From an uncultured Verrucomicrobiae bacterium (GTDB lineage Bacteria > Verrucomicrobiota > Verrucomicrobiia > Palsa-1439), in the NCBI GenBank assembly GCA_963817685.1, contig CAWFPN010000022.1, forward strand, positions 40,197 to 104,196: a DNA stretch of 64,000 nucleotides, given 5' to 3'. The notes under the pieces are model-generated. The model saw nothing but the letters and a program-made list of their open reading frames with translations. It searched no databases and was not told where the DNA came from. Shown piece after piece: positions 1 through 11,468 of this stretch; positions within the stretch are counted from its first letter, which is position 1, and each line of letters begins with the position of its first letter. Made by a program: the position numbers and the translations under genes.

Positions 1-2484
1 CGGGCTGCAGGCACTTCCGGAGGCGACCGCGCTGAATGCGCCGCCATTGATCGACACCTGGATTGTCGCCGTGCTGTCCGCGCTGGCCGGGGTGACGGTG
101 ACATTGGTGCTGATGTTGCCCAGGCTGGCGCTGTAGCCGGTGGTGCCGGGATCGAAGGCCGGCGCAATCGGTCCGGCGCTCAGCGTCAATCCGGCCAGCG
201 CGGCGTTGGTCTTCGACGTCGTAAACACGGCGTCGCCGCCGTCGACGATGCCCGCGCTGTTGGTGGCGATGGCCTGGTAATGGTAAAGGGTGCCGGGCGC
301 CAGGTTGCTGATGACGGCGCTGACGGCGACCGCGTTGATGCCGGTGCCGACGTTGGTGACCGGCGTGGTGTTGCCGTAACCGGTGGTCGTGCCCCATTGG
401 AAATAGACGCTGCTGGCCGCGCCGTTGGGATTGACGGTCGCGTTGAGCGTGGCGTTGCCGGCGGTGATGCCGCTGGCCGGCTGAGTGGTGACCGACAGCG
501 GCGTCACGAACTCCAGCACGAGATCGGTCCCGACAACGGCCAGCGAAAAGACGCCCGGGCCAAGTGGGTTGGAGAACCCGCCGGCACCGTTGGCGGGCGC
601 GGTGTTGATGTGGAACTTGGAGGCATTGAACCTGATCACGCCGTCGGTCGTGTGCACCAGTGTCCACGAACGCGACTGCGCGTTGTTGAAGTTGATGGCG
701 TTGCCGCTGGTCAGCGGCGAAGCCGAGGAGAGCGACCAGAGATTGAGATTGATCGTGGTCGCCCCGGTCAGGTCGAGCACGCCGTTGACGTTGAGCACGT
801 CGTAGCCGGTGCCGGGCGCGCCGGCGGCGTCGTAGATTTTCCAGTTGTAATTGCCCGTGCCGTTCCAGGTCACGTCGCCCGCGCCGAGCGCGGCCAGGCT
901 GGGACCGGGAGCAACGGTGGCGCCGGAATTGATGAGTGTTTCACCGACATTGCCGCTGCCGGTCAACGTCGTGCCGGCGGCGACCGTCAGATTGCTGCTG
1001 GAAGAAATGTCGCCGTCGATTTCCAACACACCCGCCGCGAGCGTGGTCGGCCCGGTGTAACTGTTGGTGCCAGCCAGCACCAGCGTGCCCGCGCCGGACT
1101 TGACCAGGCCGCCGCTGGCGTTGGCGTCGTTGCCGCCGCCGATGTTGTCGGAGAGAACGACGACGTTGGTGCCGCTGACGGAGTTGGTGATGCCGGCGCC
1201 GAGGAACATCGCCTGGCCGATCGCCGCGCCCGCGCCGCCCTGTGTCGCGCCGTCGCTGCCGCCGCTGCCGCCGGTCACGGTGTTGCCGGAGAAATTGCAG
1301 TCGAGGACCGTAAGCCAGGCGCCCTGGCGGACGAAGATCGCGCCGCCCGCGCCCAGGCCGCCGCCGCCGGCGCTGGGGCCATTGGCCTGACTGGCCGCGC
1401 TGCCGCCGCCGAACCCGGCGCTGCCCGGCCACGCGCCGCTGCCTGCGCCGCCGCCGAAACCGCCGTTGCCGCCGTAGTTAAACTGCTGTCCACCACCGCC
1501 GCCGCCGCCGAAGCCGCCGTTGCCGCCGTCGGAGTTGCCGGTGAATTGATAACCGCCGCCGCCACCACCGCCGCCGCCGAACCCGCCATTGCCACCCGCG
1601 CCATGAAAAACGGCGGGACTGGCCGAATAATCGAAGTACCCCTGCCCCGCGCCGCCGGCCACGCCGCCGCCGCCGCCACCGCCGCCGTTGGCCGCCAGAG
1701 GAGGACCGAACCCGCCGCCGCCATTGATTCCGCCCGGCGTGCCGTAGTTGCCGCCGGCGCCGCCGTTCGCGCCGCCGGAGAACGTTCCGCTGCCCACGTT
1801 GCCAGCCAGGCTGCTGCCGCCGGCCCCATACCCAAATCCGCCGCCGCCGCCGCCGGCGCTGCCGTTGGTGGTGCTGCCGCCGTTGGCGCCGTTGCCGCCG
1901 AGGCCGCCGCCGCCGCCGCCGGTGGTCGTGAGCGTGCCGGCGGTGCTGATGCCCGCGCCGCCCGCGCCGCCGACAGCGGAGTTGGCGGTGAACACCATGT
2001 TACTGATCACCACGTTGCCGGCGTTGACAAAGAGGGCGCCGCCCAAACCGGCGCCGCCGCCGGCGTTGACGCCGGCGTTCCCACCCTGCACCAGCGCATG
2101 GGCCACGGTCAGACCGCTGATGCTGATCTGGCTGTTGGTCGTCTCATAGACGTACCCCTGCGCGGCGTCCACACTCACCCCGATGAAAAATGTCTGGTAC
2201 TTGCCGGCCCCGTCAATCGTCAGGTTCCCCGGACCGGGCCCAATCAGGGTCATTCCCTGCGCCGTCACCACCGGCAGTGAGCTCGCCAACGTGATCGTGC
2301 CCGTCACGCTGGTGGCGTCGATGATCTGCGGGCCAGGGGACGAGCCGTTCACGGCCTGGATCGCGTCGCGCAGCGAACCAGGACCGCTGTCCTGAAGGTT
2401 GGTGACCAGTTGCGTGCCGGCCAATACTCCGGAGGCGGCCAGCGTCAATGAAGACAGAACGATTGAGAGAATGGATTTATTCAC
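1..2484 (-). CDS. Secreted Gly-rich adhesin/autotransporter-passenger-like protein with cadherin-like beta-sandwich; 3' end runs off the window
   Basis: Manual translation from GTG 2484 (not in the ORF track because there is no stop in the window). Signal peptide MNKSILSIVLSSLTLAASGVLA, then VTNLQDSGPGSLRDAI, poly-Gly blocks with GGGAGLGGALF/GGAIF, an autotransporter beta-strand repeat (GGLVKSGAGTLVLAGTNSYTGPTT), and NAALAGLTLSAGPIAPAFDPGTTGY..TVTP. Confidence 0.8.
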   Translation of the reverse strand, partial: MNKSILSIVLSSLTLAASGVLAGTQLVTNLQDSGPGSLRDAIQAVNGSSPGPQIIDATSVTGTITLASSLPVVTAQGMTLIGPGPGNLTIDGAGKYQTFFIGVSVDAAQGYVYETTNSQISISGLTVAHALVQGGNAGVNAGGGAGLGGALFVNAGNVVISNMVFTANSAVGGAGGAGISTAGTLTTTGGGGGGLGGNGANGGSTTNGSAGGGGGGFGYGAGGSSLAGNVGSGTFSGGANGGAGGNYGTPGGINGGGGFGPPLAANGGGGGGGGVAGGAGQGYFDYSASPAVFHGAGGNGGFGGGGGGGGGYQFTGNSDGGNGGFGGGGGGGQQFNYGGNGGFGGGAGSGAWPGSAGFGGGSAASQANGPSAGGGGLGAGGAIFVRQGAWLTVLDCNFSGNTVTGGSGGSDGATQGGAGAAIGQAMFLGAGITNSVSGTNVVVLSDNIGGGNDANASGGLVKSGAGTLVLAGTNSYTGPTTLAAGVLEIDGDISSSSNLTVAAGTTLTGSGNVGETLINSGATVAPGPSLAALGAGDVTWNGTGNYNWKIYDAAGAPGTGYDVLNVNGVLDLTGATTINLNLWSLSSASPLTSGNAINFNNAQSRSWTLVHTTDGVIRFNASKFHINTAPANGAGGFSNPLGPGVFSLAVVGTDLVLEFVTPLSVTTQPASGITAGNATLNATVNPNGAASSVYFQWGTTTGYGNTTPVTNVGTGINAVAVSAVISNLAPGTLYHYQAIATNSAGIVDGGDAVFTTSKTNAALAGLTLSAGPIAPAFDPGTTGYSASLGNISTNVTVTPASADSTATIQVSINGGAFSAVASGSACSP

Positions 2485-2850
2485 AGCGAAAGTGACCTTG
2501 ACTGCGTTGAGGAACGTCGATTACGTGACAATCAGCCGCGGCGCAAACAGCCACCGGCTGGTCCTGCTGGAGGAACGACTGGAAACCGACGACACTGTTC
2601 CGTATACACGCACCCTGTTCATGCCCTTACCCCTCATGAAACTTCTCCAATGTTTTCGACACACTCCCTGCGTTACGACCCCTACCAAAACGACGACGTA
2701 TAACTAATAGCACGGATCAAGCTGCCTTGCAAGCCTTATTTTATATGGCTTTCAAGGCTGCTTGTTTTGGCCCGTTTGGGCCGCTGAAAGGGGCGGCGGA
2801 CATTTGGCTGTTCAGTGTATTCTCACCCGCTATAATCACGGCCCAAAACA

Positions 2851-4266
2851 ATGAGAGTCATCCAAACCGCCCTGCGCGCCACCCCGGCCACCGAAAAAGC
2901 CAACCGTCCCGCGTTGACCCCCGAACTGCTGGCAGCCACCGGCGCGCGTTATTCGCGCAGTAATGAAGGGCTCGAAGCGATCCTGGCCAAGATCGATCCC
3001 AAAGACCTGGACAAATCGGTCGATTCCATTTTCCGCATGATCGATTATGGCCATCAGTCCATCGCCGACATGGCGCCGGTGGCCCTGTTCATCGACGGCG
3101 TGTCCATCTGGCTGGCTTACTATATATGGACGCTCTGCCCGACGGCCGGCGGCCAGGAATCCTCCACCCGTTACATCAAACTCTCCCTGGACGGACTGGT
3201 CCCCACCGCGGACCTGGGATTGCCCGAAGCCGATCGTGCCGAGTGGTCGAAGGGCATGGCGGAATGTTTCCAGGCCTACCAGCGGACGTTGGAGTTTTGG
3301 GAGGCGCTGGCGGTCGAGGACCCCGCCTTGACGGGCATTCCCAAGTCCCTGTTGGATGATCCATCCGACAAAGCCCAGAAAAAGGTGGCGCGGATGCGGC
3401 GCAATTTCAGTTTTGATCGCGCCCGTTATTTCCTTCCGTCGGCGGTGGCCACCAACGTCATGCTCATCATGTCCGCCCGTGCCTGGGTCACTCTTTGCCA
3501 GCATCTCCTGTCGCATCCGCTGCATGAATCCAGGCTGCTCGGCGCGGCCATTCGCGCGGAACTGGAACTGTGCGTTCCGCGCATGGTCAAACACGCCTGC
3601 GTCAAGGAGTCGGTCGCCGCCGGGATGAAACAGGAATTCGACATGCTCCAGTCCCTGGCCGGCGCCATTGGCGGACGGCATCTTGACGCGGGCTCAACGG
3701 TCCTCGATCATCCGCCTGTGCCGGCCATTCAGGTCATGGTCCCGCCCGGCATCACCGGCAGCGACCTGGGCCGGGACCTCGCCTTTCATGACAATCGCTA
3801 CGCCGGGACCGGTCCGCATCTGCGCCGGACAGCCGTCCGTTTCGGATGGGAAGCGGTGGCCTTTGCCGAAGTGCGCGATTTGAACCGGCACCGGACCGGG
3901 ACGAAGTACTGTCCGCTGGCGCCGGTGGGATTCTACTGCGCCACTGACCAGCTCCCCGCGCATTCCGAGGCGGGGACGGGGGTATTGATGGAGGCGGCCG
4001 AGGTTGGTCGGCGCGCTTCGGCCAAGGCATTGTCGCTGCTGCGGCGGGGTGATCCGGCGTATGTCTATTGGATGGTGTTGGGCACGCAGGTTTCGTTCGA
4101 ACACGTGACGACCGCCGACAAGTTCATCTACGAAGCCGAACTGCGCACCGGTGTGGGCGCGCATTACCGCTACGCCAAACATCTCCGGGACGTCCTGGCC
4201 CTCTGGTACAAATCCTATCCGGAAACCAAAGGCCTGATCCTCGAGGGCAGCGCGGAACCAGAGTGA
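2851..4266 (+). CDS. thyX: FAD-dependent thymidylate synthase, long tandem-domain type
   Basis: YGHQSIAD, GQESSTRY, FDRARYFLP, EVRDLNRHR and ELRTG...HYRY motifs; 471 aa. Confidence 0.8.
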   Translation: MRVIQTALRATPATEKANRPALTPELLAATGARYSRSNEGLEAILAKIDPKDLDKSVDSIFRMIDYGHQSIADMAPVALFIDGVSIWLAYYIWTLCPTAGGQESSTRYIKLSLDGLVPTADLGLPEADRAEWSKGMAECFQAYQRTLEFWEALAVEDPALTGIPKSLLDDPSDKAQKKVARMRRNFSFDRARYFLPSAVATNVMLIMSARAWVTLCQHLLSHPLHESRLLGAAIRAELELCVPRMVKHACVKESVAAGMKQEFDMLQSLAGAIGGRHLDAGSTVLDHPPVPAIQVMVPPGITGSDLGRDLAFHDNRYAGTGPHLRRTAVRFGWEAVAFAEVRDLNRHRTGTKYCPLAPVGFYCATDQLPAHSEAGTGVLMEAAEVGRRASAKALSLLRRGDPAYVYWMVLGTQVSFEHVTTADKFIYEAELRTGVGAHYRYAKHLRDVLALWYKSYPETKGLILEGSAEPE

Positions 4267-4273
4267 AGTTTCC

Positions 4274-5890
<1,617 letters not shown>

Positions 5891-6005
5891 GACAATTCAG
5901 CCGCATTCTACCACAAGAGCCTCCTCCGAATCACCTCCCGATTGGATTGTCCGGGGATGCACATTCGTCTTGCGTCTTGGCATGGCGTTTCGCATCTTGA
6001 ACGGC

Positions 6006-7019
6006 ATGGCTGAGCGGTTCGTCACTGAAACGATCCATGACAAGACGCTGGATGTGTCGCTGCGTCCGGGGTTGTTTGCGGATTTTCAGGGACAGGCCAA
6101 ATCCAAGGAACGGCTGGAACTGGCCGTCGAAGCGGCGCGGCAGCGCAAGGAGCCGCTCGATCACATTTTGCTGAGCGGTCCGCCTGGCCTGGGCAAAACG
6201 ACGCTGGCGTACATTCTGGCCAAGGCGATGGGGGTCAACATCGTCGTCACCAGCGGGCCGGCGCTGGAGAAGGCGGCCAACCTGGCCGGCTTGCTCACCA
6301 AACTCGACAAGGGCGACGTGCTCTTCATCGACGAGATCCATCGTCTCCAGAAGGTCGTCGAGGAATATCTGTACCCGGCCATGGAAGACTTCAAGCTCGA
6401 CATCGTGATCGACCAGGGCCCGAACGCCCACAGCGTCCATCTGCCCCTGCCGCGGTTCACGCTCATCGGCGCGACGACCCGCAGCGGGCTGCTGACCGCG
6501 CCGTTGCGTTCCCGGTTCCCGGTGACGGAACGACTGGCGTACTACGACGCCGGCGACCTGGCGACGATCATCCAGCGCTCCGCCCGTATCCTGAATGTGG
6601 ACATCGATGACGGCGGCGCGGACGAGATCGCCCATCGCGCGCGCGGCACGCCCCGCATCGCCAACAATTTGCTTAAACGCGTCCGCGATTACGCCCAGGT
6701 CAAGGCGCAGTCGGCCAAAATCACCGCGGCCATTGCCGACAAGGCGCTGGCGATGCTCGAGATCGACGAACACGGCCTGGACGAGATGGACAAACGCATC
6801 CTGGAGACGCTGGTGCACAAGTTCGGCGGCCGCCCCGTCGGGATCGGTTCGCTCGCCGTGGCCGTGGGGGAGGAACCTGACACGCTTGAGGAAGTCTACG
6901 AACCGTTTCTTATTCAGGAAGGTTTTCTCAAACGCACCCCGCAGGGGCGCGTGCCGACCGAGCTGGCGTACAAGAAACTCGGGGTGAAAGCGGAGGGGAA
7001 GCAGAACGAATTATTTTAG
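6006..7019 (+). CDS. ruvB: Holliday junction branch migration helicase
   Basis: [45 protein letters not shown]; start taken at ATG 6006. Confidence 0.97.
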   Translation: MAERFVTETIHDKTLDVSLRPGLFADFQGQAKSKERLELAVEAARQRKEPLDHILLSGPPGLGKTTLAYILAKAMGVNIVVTSGPALEKAANLAGLLTKLDKGDVLFIDEIHRLQKVVEEYLYPAMEDFKLDIVIDQGPNAHSVHLPLPRFTLIGATTRSGLLTAPLRSRFPVTERLAYYDAGDLATIIQRSARILNVDIDDGGADEIAHRARGTPRIANNLLKRVRDYAQVKAQSAKITAAIADKALAMLEIDEHGLDEMDKRILETLVHKFGGRPVGIGSLAVAVGEEPDTLEEVYEPFLIQEGFLKRTPQGRVPTELAYKKLGVKAEGKQNELF

Positions 7020-7036
7020 TGAGATTCCCGCTTGAC

Positions 7037-7121
7037 TGTCATTCTGAGCGAAGCGAAGAATCTCTGTTGTTCCGGTAGCGCCAACAAACGACAGAGACCC
7101 TTCGCTACACTCAGGGTGACA
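7037..7121. repeat. TGTC/CGTC-type REP-like palindromic repeat
   Basis: TGTCATTCTGAGCGAAGCGAAGAATCTCTG...CAGAGACCCTTCGCTACACTCAGGGTGACA inverted repeat; related arms at 21859 and 50223-50363. Confidence 0.8.
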
Positions 7122-7146
7122 AAGAACAACTAGAACAATAACGACA

Positions 7147-8616
<1,470 letters not shown>

Positions 8617-8619
8617 CGC

Positions 8620-9078
8620 GTGAAGATTTACCTGGAAACGACGGTCCCGAATTTCCTCTTCGCCGATGATGCCCCGGAGAAACAAGAAGCAACACAGGCG
8701 TTTTGGCAATGGCTGAAATTGAGCCACGCTGATGTCTTCATTTCACAAATCGTGCTCGATGAGATCGTGGCGGCTCCGCCAGCCAAGCGCGAGCAATTGT
8801 TGGCAGCACTGGAGGAAATCGACTGCCGCGTGCTTGAGCTCAACCCACAAGTTGTCGGACTGGCCGATTACTTGGTACGCAGTGGGATCGTACCGGCCAA
8901 ACACGCAGACGATGCCCGGCATATAGCGGTGGCGCTTGTCCACGAAATGGATTTGTTGGCAAGTTGGAATTTACAGCATATAGTAAAGCTGAAAACCATG
9001 GCGGCGGTGAGTGAATTGGCGGCAGCTTATGGGTACAGGCCCCCACGCATCCTCACCCCGCAAGAGATTTTGCCATGA
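8620..9078 (+). CDS. PIN-domain protein (VapC-like toxin)
   Basis: IYLETTV, VFISQIVLDE, DDARHIAVA, LASWNLQHIV; lower GC than its neighbours. Confidence 0.85.
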   Translation: MKIYLETTVPNFLFADDAPEKQEATQAFWQWLKLSHADVFISQIVLDEIVAAPPAKREQLLAALEEIDCRVLELNPQVVGLADYLVRSGIVPAKHADDARHIAVALVHEMDLLASWNLQHIVKLKTMAAVSELAAAYGYRPPRILTPQEILP

Positions 9079-9263
9079 AAAAGAAGAAGTTGGACAAGTG
9101 GAATTCCGCGCAGGGCATCCTCGATGAGTTGCATCGTATCCGGGAGGCGAACGAACGCCTGCGGCGGCGCATCGGTGACGAAGCGTGGATGAAGAAGGTC
9201 AATTCCGCCAGCGAACGCCTCGGCTTTCCCAAGCGCGGCAAGAAATCCCGCACACGCGCGTGA
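9075..9263 (+). CDS. Small basic protein, probable antitoxin partner of the PIN gene
   Basis: 62 aa; ATGA overlap with the PIN gene; ILDELHRIRE helix typical of small genes found next to this PIN type. Confidence 0.55.
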   Translation: MKKKKLDKWNSAQGILDELHRIREANERLRRRIGDEAWMKKVNSASERLGFPKRGKKSRTRA

Positions 9264-9402
9264 TCCAATCCGCCGCCTCACCCGCCTCAAAGAGATTGTG
9301 GTGGCGGGGGAGTTTAGCGAAGCTGGTCTGCTGATACACAAAGACATGAGCGCTCCGGAGTGAATGGACCAACTCGAATACCATGGGGCGGGAATTAATT
9401 TT

Positions 9403-9786
9403 ATGCCAAATCCAGAAATTGAAGAATTCGCAAGAGCGCTTGTCCTGCAAGTAAGGGACGCCGCTATCAGAAGCTGCGACGCAACGATGCGACCGAATGC
9501 TGCGTACCCTGCCGCTAAGCGATGGAAGGAAACCGCTCGCGATGGAAGCCTGGAGTCCATTGCAAGTGTATTAATACCTGACACCGTGGACGAAGCTGTC
9601 TTTCACCTCCTTCGAGCGATTGACCAAGGGGTTCTAAAACTCTCATTTGTCGCTTCAAATGGGAAAAAGGTCGATTTATCTGCGGATGGACTTGGTGAAT
9701 TGTCTGGCTGGTACATGGGGAGTGGTGGTTGGCGTGCGCTATATTCGAAAGAACGATTCATCGACGATTTCTCAGACCTTAAATGA
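9403..9786 (+). CDS. Hypothetical protein (orphan, possibly immunity-like)
   Basis: Low-GC ORF MPNPEIEEFARALVLQVRDAAI...GWRALYSKER; alternative start at 9364. Confidence 0.6.
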   Translation: MPNPEIEEFARALVLQVRDAAIRSCDATMRPNAAYPAAKRWKETARDGSLESIASVLIPDTVDEAVFHLLRAIDQGVLKLSFVASNGKKVDLSADGLGELSGWYMGSGGWRALYSKERFIDDFSDLK

Positions 9787-9878
9787 GTGCAAGTACGCGC
9801 GAACCCACAAGCGCGCTTTCCGATTCACAATGTTCTTGAAAGAAGAGGCAGTAGACCCGAGTCGTTAAGGCGGCTTTT

Positions 9879-10613
9879 TTACCGATGAGGATCGTTGAGG
9901 GCCGAATCGATTTTCAATATTCCTTGCAGTCCGCCGCCGTCCTCAACAATCAAGTGCGGGCATTGCAATTGTCCCTCGAATGACCCGCCGGCGTGGATGG
10001 TCACGACTCCAGTCGCGCTCAAATTCGCCCGGAGCGCGCCGAAAATCTCCACGTCGCGGAATTCGGCGGGGTCGATGAAGGCGATGGTGGCTTCGGGGGC
10101 GATGACGAGTTCGGGGGCCTGGATGTTTTGCTCGGAGAAACGGGCGCCGGGGCGGATTTCGAGTTTGCGCAGGGCGCGGACGGTGCCGGCTTCGATGGTG
10201 CCTTCCAGCACGAAATCGTTGGCGACCAGGTCGCCGGATTGCAGGACGCCGGTGGCGGTGAGGTGGATGATGCCGGCGGTCTTGAACGGGGCGGCCCAGC
10301 GGCCGTCAATGACGTGGTCGGTCAGGTCAAGCATGGCGCGGCATTTGGAACAGTTGGTGGCGGCGGCCTTGCCGTGGAGCTGGAATTTGTAGCCGCACTC
10401 GTAGCACTCGATCACGCGTTTGGCGGGCATGACCGTGCGGCCGACAAACGAGCCGAGCTTTGGCGCTTCGCCCGGCGGCTGTTGGCCGCCGCCTTCGGGG
10501 GACGCCGGGGCTGCCGGGGCTGCCTCGGCTTGGTCAGGCGGTTTGACGGCGTGGGCCGCCGCTTTCACCGCGGAATAGCCGTCGACAACGCTGACCTTTC
10601 GCGATTTGGACAC
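9879..10613 (-). CDS. Zn-ribbon plus bactofilin-like (polymer-forming cytoskeletal) protein
   Basis: CYECG...CSKC followed by beta-helix repeats (LEGTIEAG, IHAGGSFEGQL, LIVEDGGGLQG). Confidence 0.75.
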   Translation of the reverse strand: MSKSRKVSVVDGYSAVKAAAHAVKPPDQAEAAPAAPASPEGGGQQPPGEAPKLGSFVGRTVMPAKRVIECYECGYKFQLHGKAAATNCSKCRAMLDLTDHVIDGRWAAPFKTAGIIHLTATGVLQSGDLVANDFVLEGTIEAGTVRALRKLEIRPGARFSEQNIQAPELVIAPEATIAFIDPAEFRDVEIFGALRANLSATGVVTIHAGGSFEGQLQCPHLIVEDGGGLQGILKIDSALNDPHR

Positions 10614-10630
10614 GAGCTAATCCCAACTTT

Positions 10631-10690
10631 GTAGCCGCACCTTTCAAGGTGCGCGGCACAGGGCAAACGCAGGCTAAAGCCTGCGGCTAC
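10631..10690. repeat. GTAG-type REP doublet
   Basis: GTAGCCGCACCTTTCAAGGTGCG...CGCAGGCTAAAGCCTGCGGCTAC; near-identical inverted copy at 21221-21280. Confidence 0.85.
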
Positions 10691-10701
10691 GGGTTTTCTG
10701 A

Positions 10702-11136
10702 CTATCGTCTGGCGAACGCGCGGGCGGTGGCGCCGGCGTCGGTCTTGTCTTCGGCGTTGGTCTCGGACGCGGGCGACATGATCGGGGCCTGCGCGATGGG
10801 CGAACCCGACGGATTGACTTCCGAGCGGCCGATGAAGGTCACGCCGTCCTCGACGCTCAATCGTTTGGCTTTGATGTCGCCGGTGACGCGGGCGGTGGCT
10901 TTCATCTCGATCCGGTCCTTGGCGACGACGTTGCCGCTGATGGTGCCTTCGATGATGGCGGAATTGACGGCCAGGTTGCCCTTGATGTTGGCCGATTTGC
11001 CGATGACCGCGTCGCCGCCGCAATGTAGTTCGCCGTCCAGTTTGCCGTCGATCTGGACGGAACCGGAACTGCGGATGGTGCCGGTGATCTCCACTTCGTT
11101 GGAAATGACAGACTGGGGGGTTTTGTTATTTTCCAT
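10702..11136 (-). CDS. Bactofilin (CcmA family)
   Basis: SVISNEVEITGTI..IDGKLDGEL..VTGDIKAKRLSVEDGVTFIG. Confidence 0.92.
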   Translation of the reverse strand: MENNKTPQSVISNEVEITGTIRSSGSVQIDGKLDGELHCGGDAVIGKSANIKGNLAVNSAIIEGTISGNVVAKDRIEMKATARVTGDIKAKRLSVEDGVTFIGRSEVNPSGSPIAQAPIMSPASETNAEDKTDAGATARAFARR

Positions 11137-11250
11137 GGATGACTGCCTCCTTTTGGCCCTTGAGCCCTTTTACGTTCTACGCCCGCCCGGGAGAATTGCA
11201 AAAATTTCACGCCGAGACAAGGCGAAATCAATTGTCGCGGGTCAATTTGT

Positions 11251-11382
11251 TGTAGTGGCGTCCGTCCCGGACGCTTCTGCCAGCCCGCCGCCGGGACGGC
11301 GGCCGCTACAACCCGACGGGCGCATCTTGATGCTGTCACCCGGAGGCGGGCATTGTAGCCGCGAGCCTGCTCGCGGCTACAA
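11251..11382. repeat. Two GTAG-type REP hairpins
   Basis: TGTAGTGGCGTCCGTCCCGGACGC...CCGGGACGGCGGCCGCTACA (11251-11310) and the perfect hairpin TTGTAGCCGCGAG-CCTG-CTCGCGGCTACAA (11353-11382). Confidence 0.8.
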
Positions 11383-11431
11383 CGTGGGCAGTGTCAAGTT
11401 GCGCCGTTTCGAAACTGGCGCTACCCGCCGC

Positions 11432-11460
11432 TTGTAAAAATTCCCCGGCTTCGCTAAGGT
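11432..11460 (+). promoter_or_regulatory. Putative sigma70 promoter of the C-terminal carB gene
   Basis: TTGTAA-17 bp-TAAGGT, ending 8 nt before ATG 11469. Confidence 0.55.
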
Positions 11461-11468
11461 TCGCGTCG

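Noticed and set aside
280-2280. 666-aa plus-strand Ala-rich ORF
   Set aside because: Antisense shadow of the Gly-rich minus-strand gene (GCC/GGC repeats).
8617-11468. Intron, intein or IS interrupting carB
   Set aside because: No reverse transcriptase, homing nuclease, transposase, intein termini or terminal repeats; the C-half has its own promoter and ATG.
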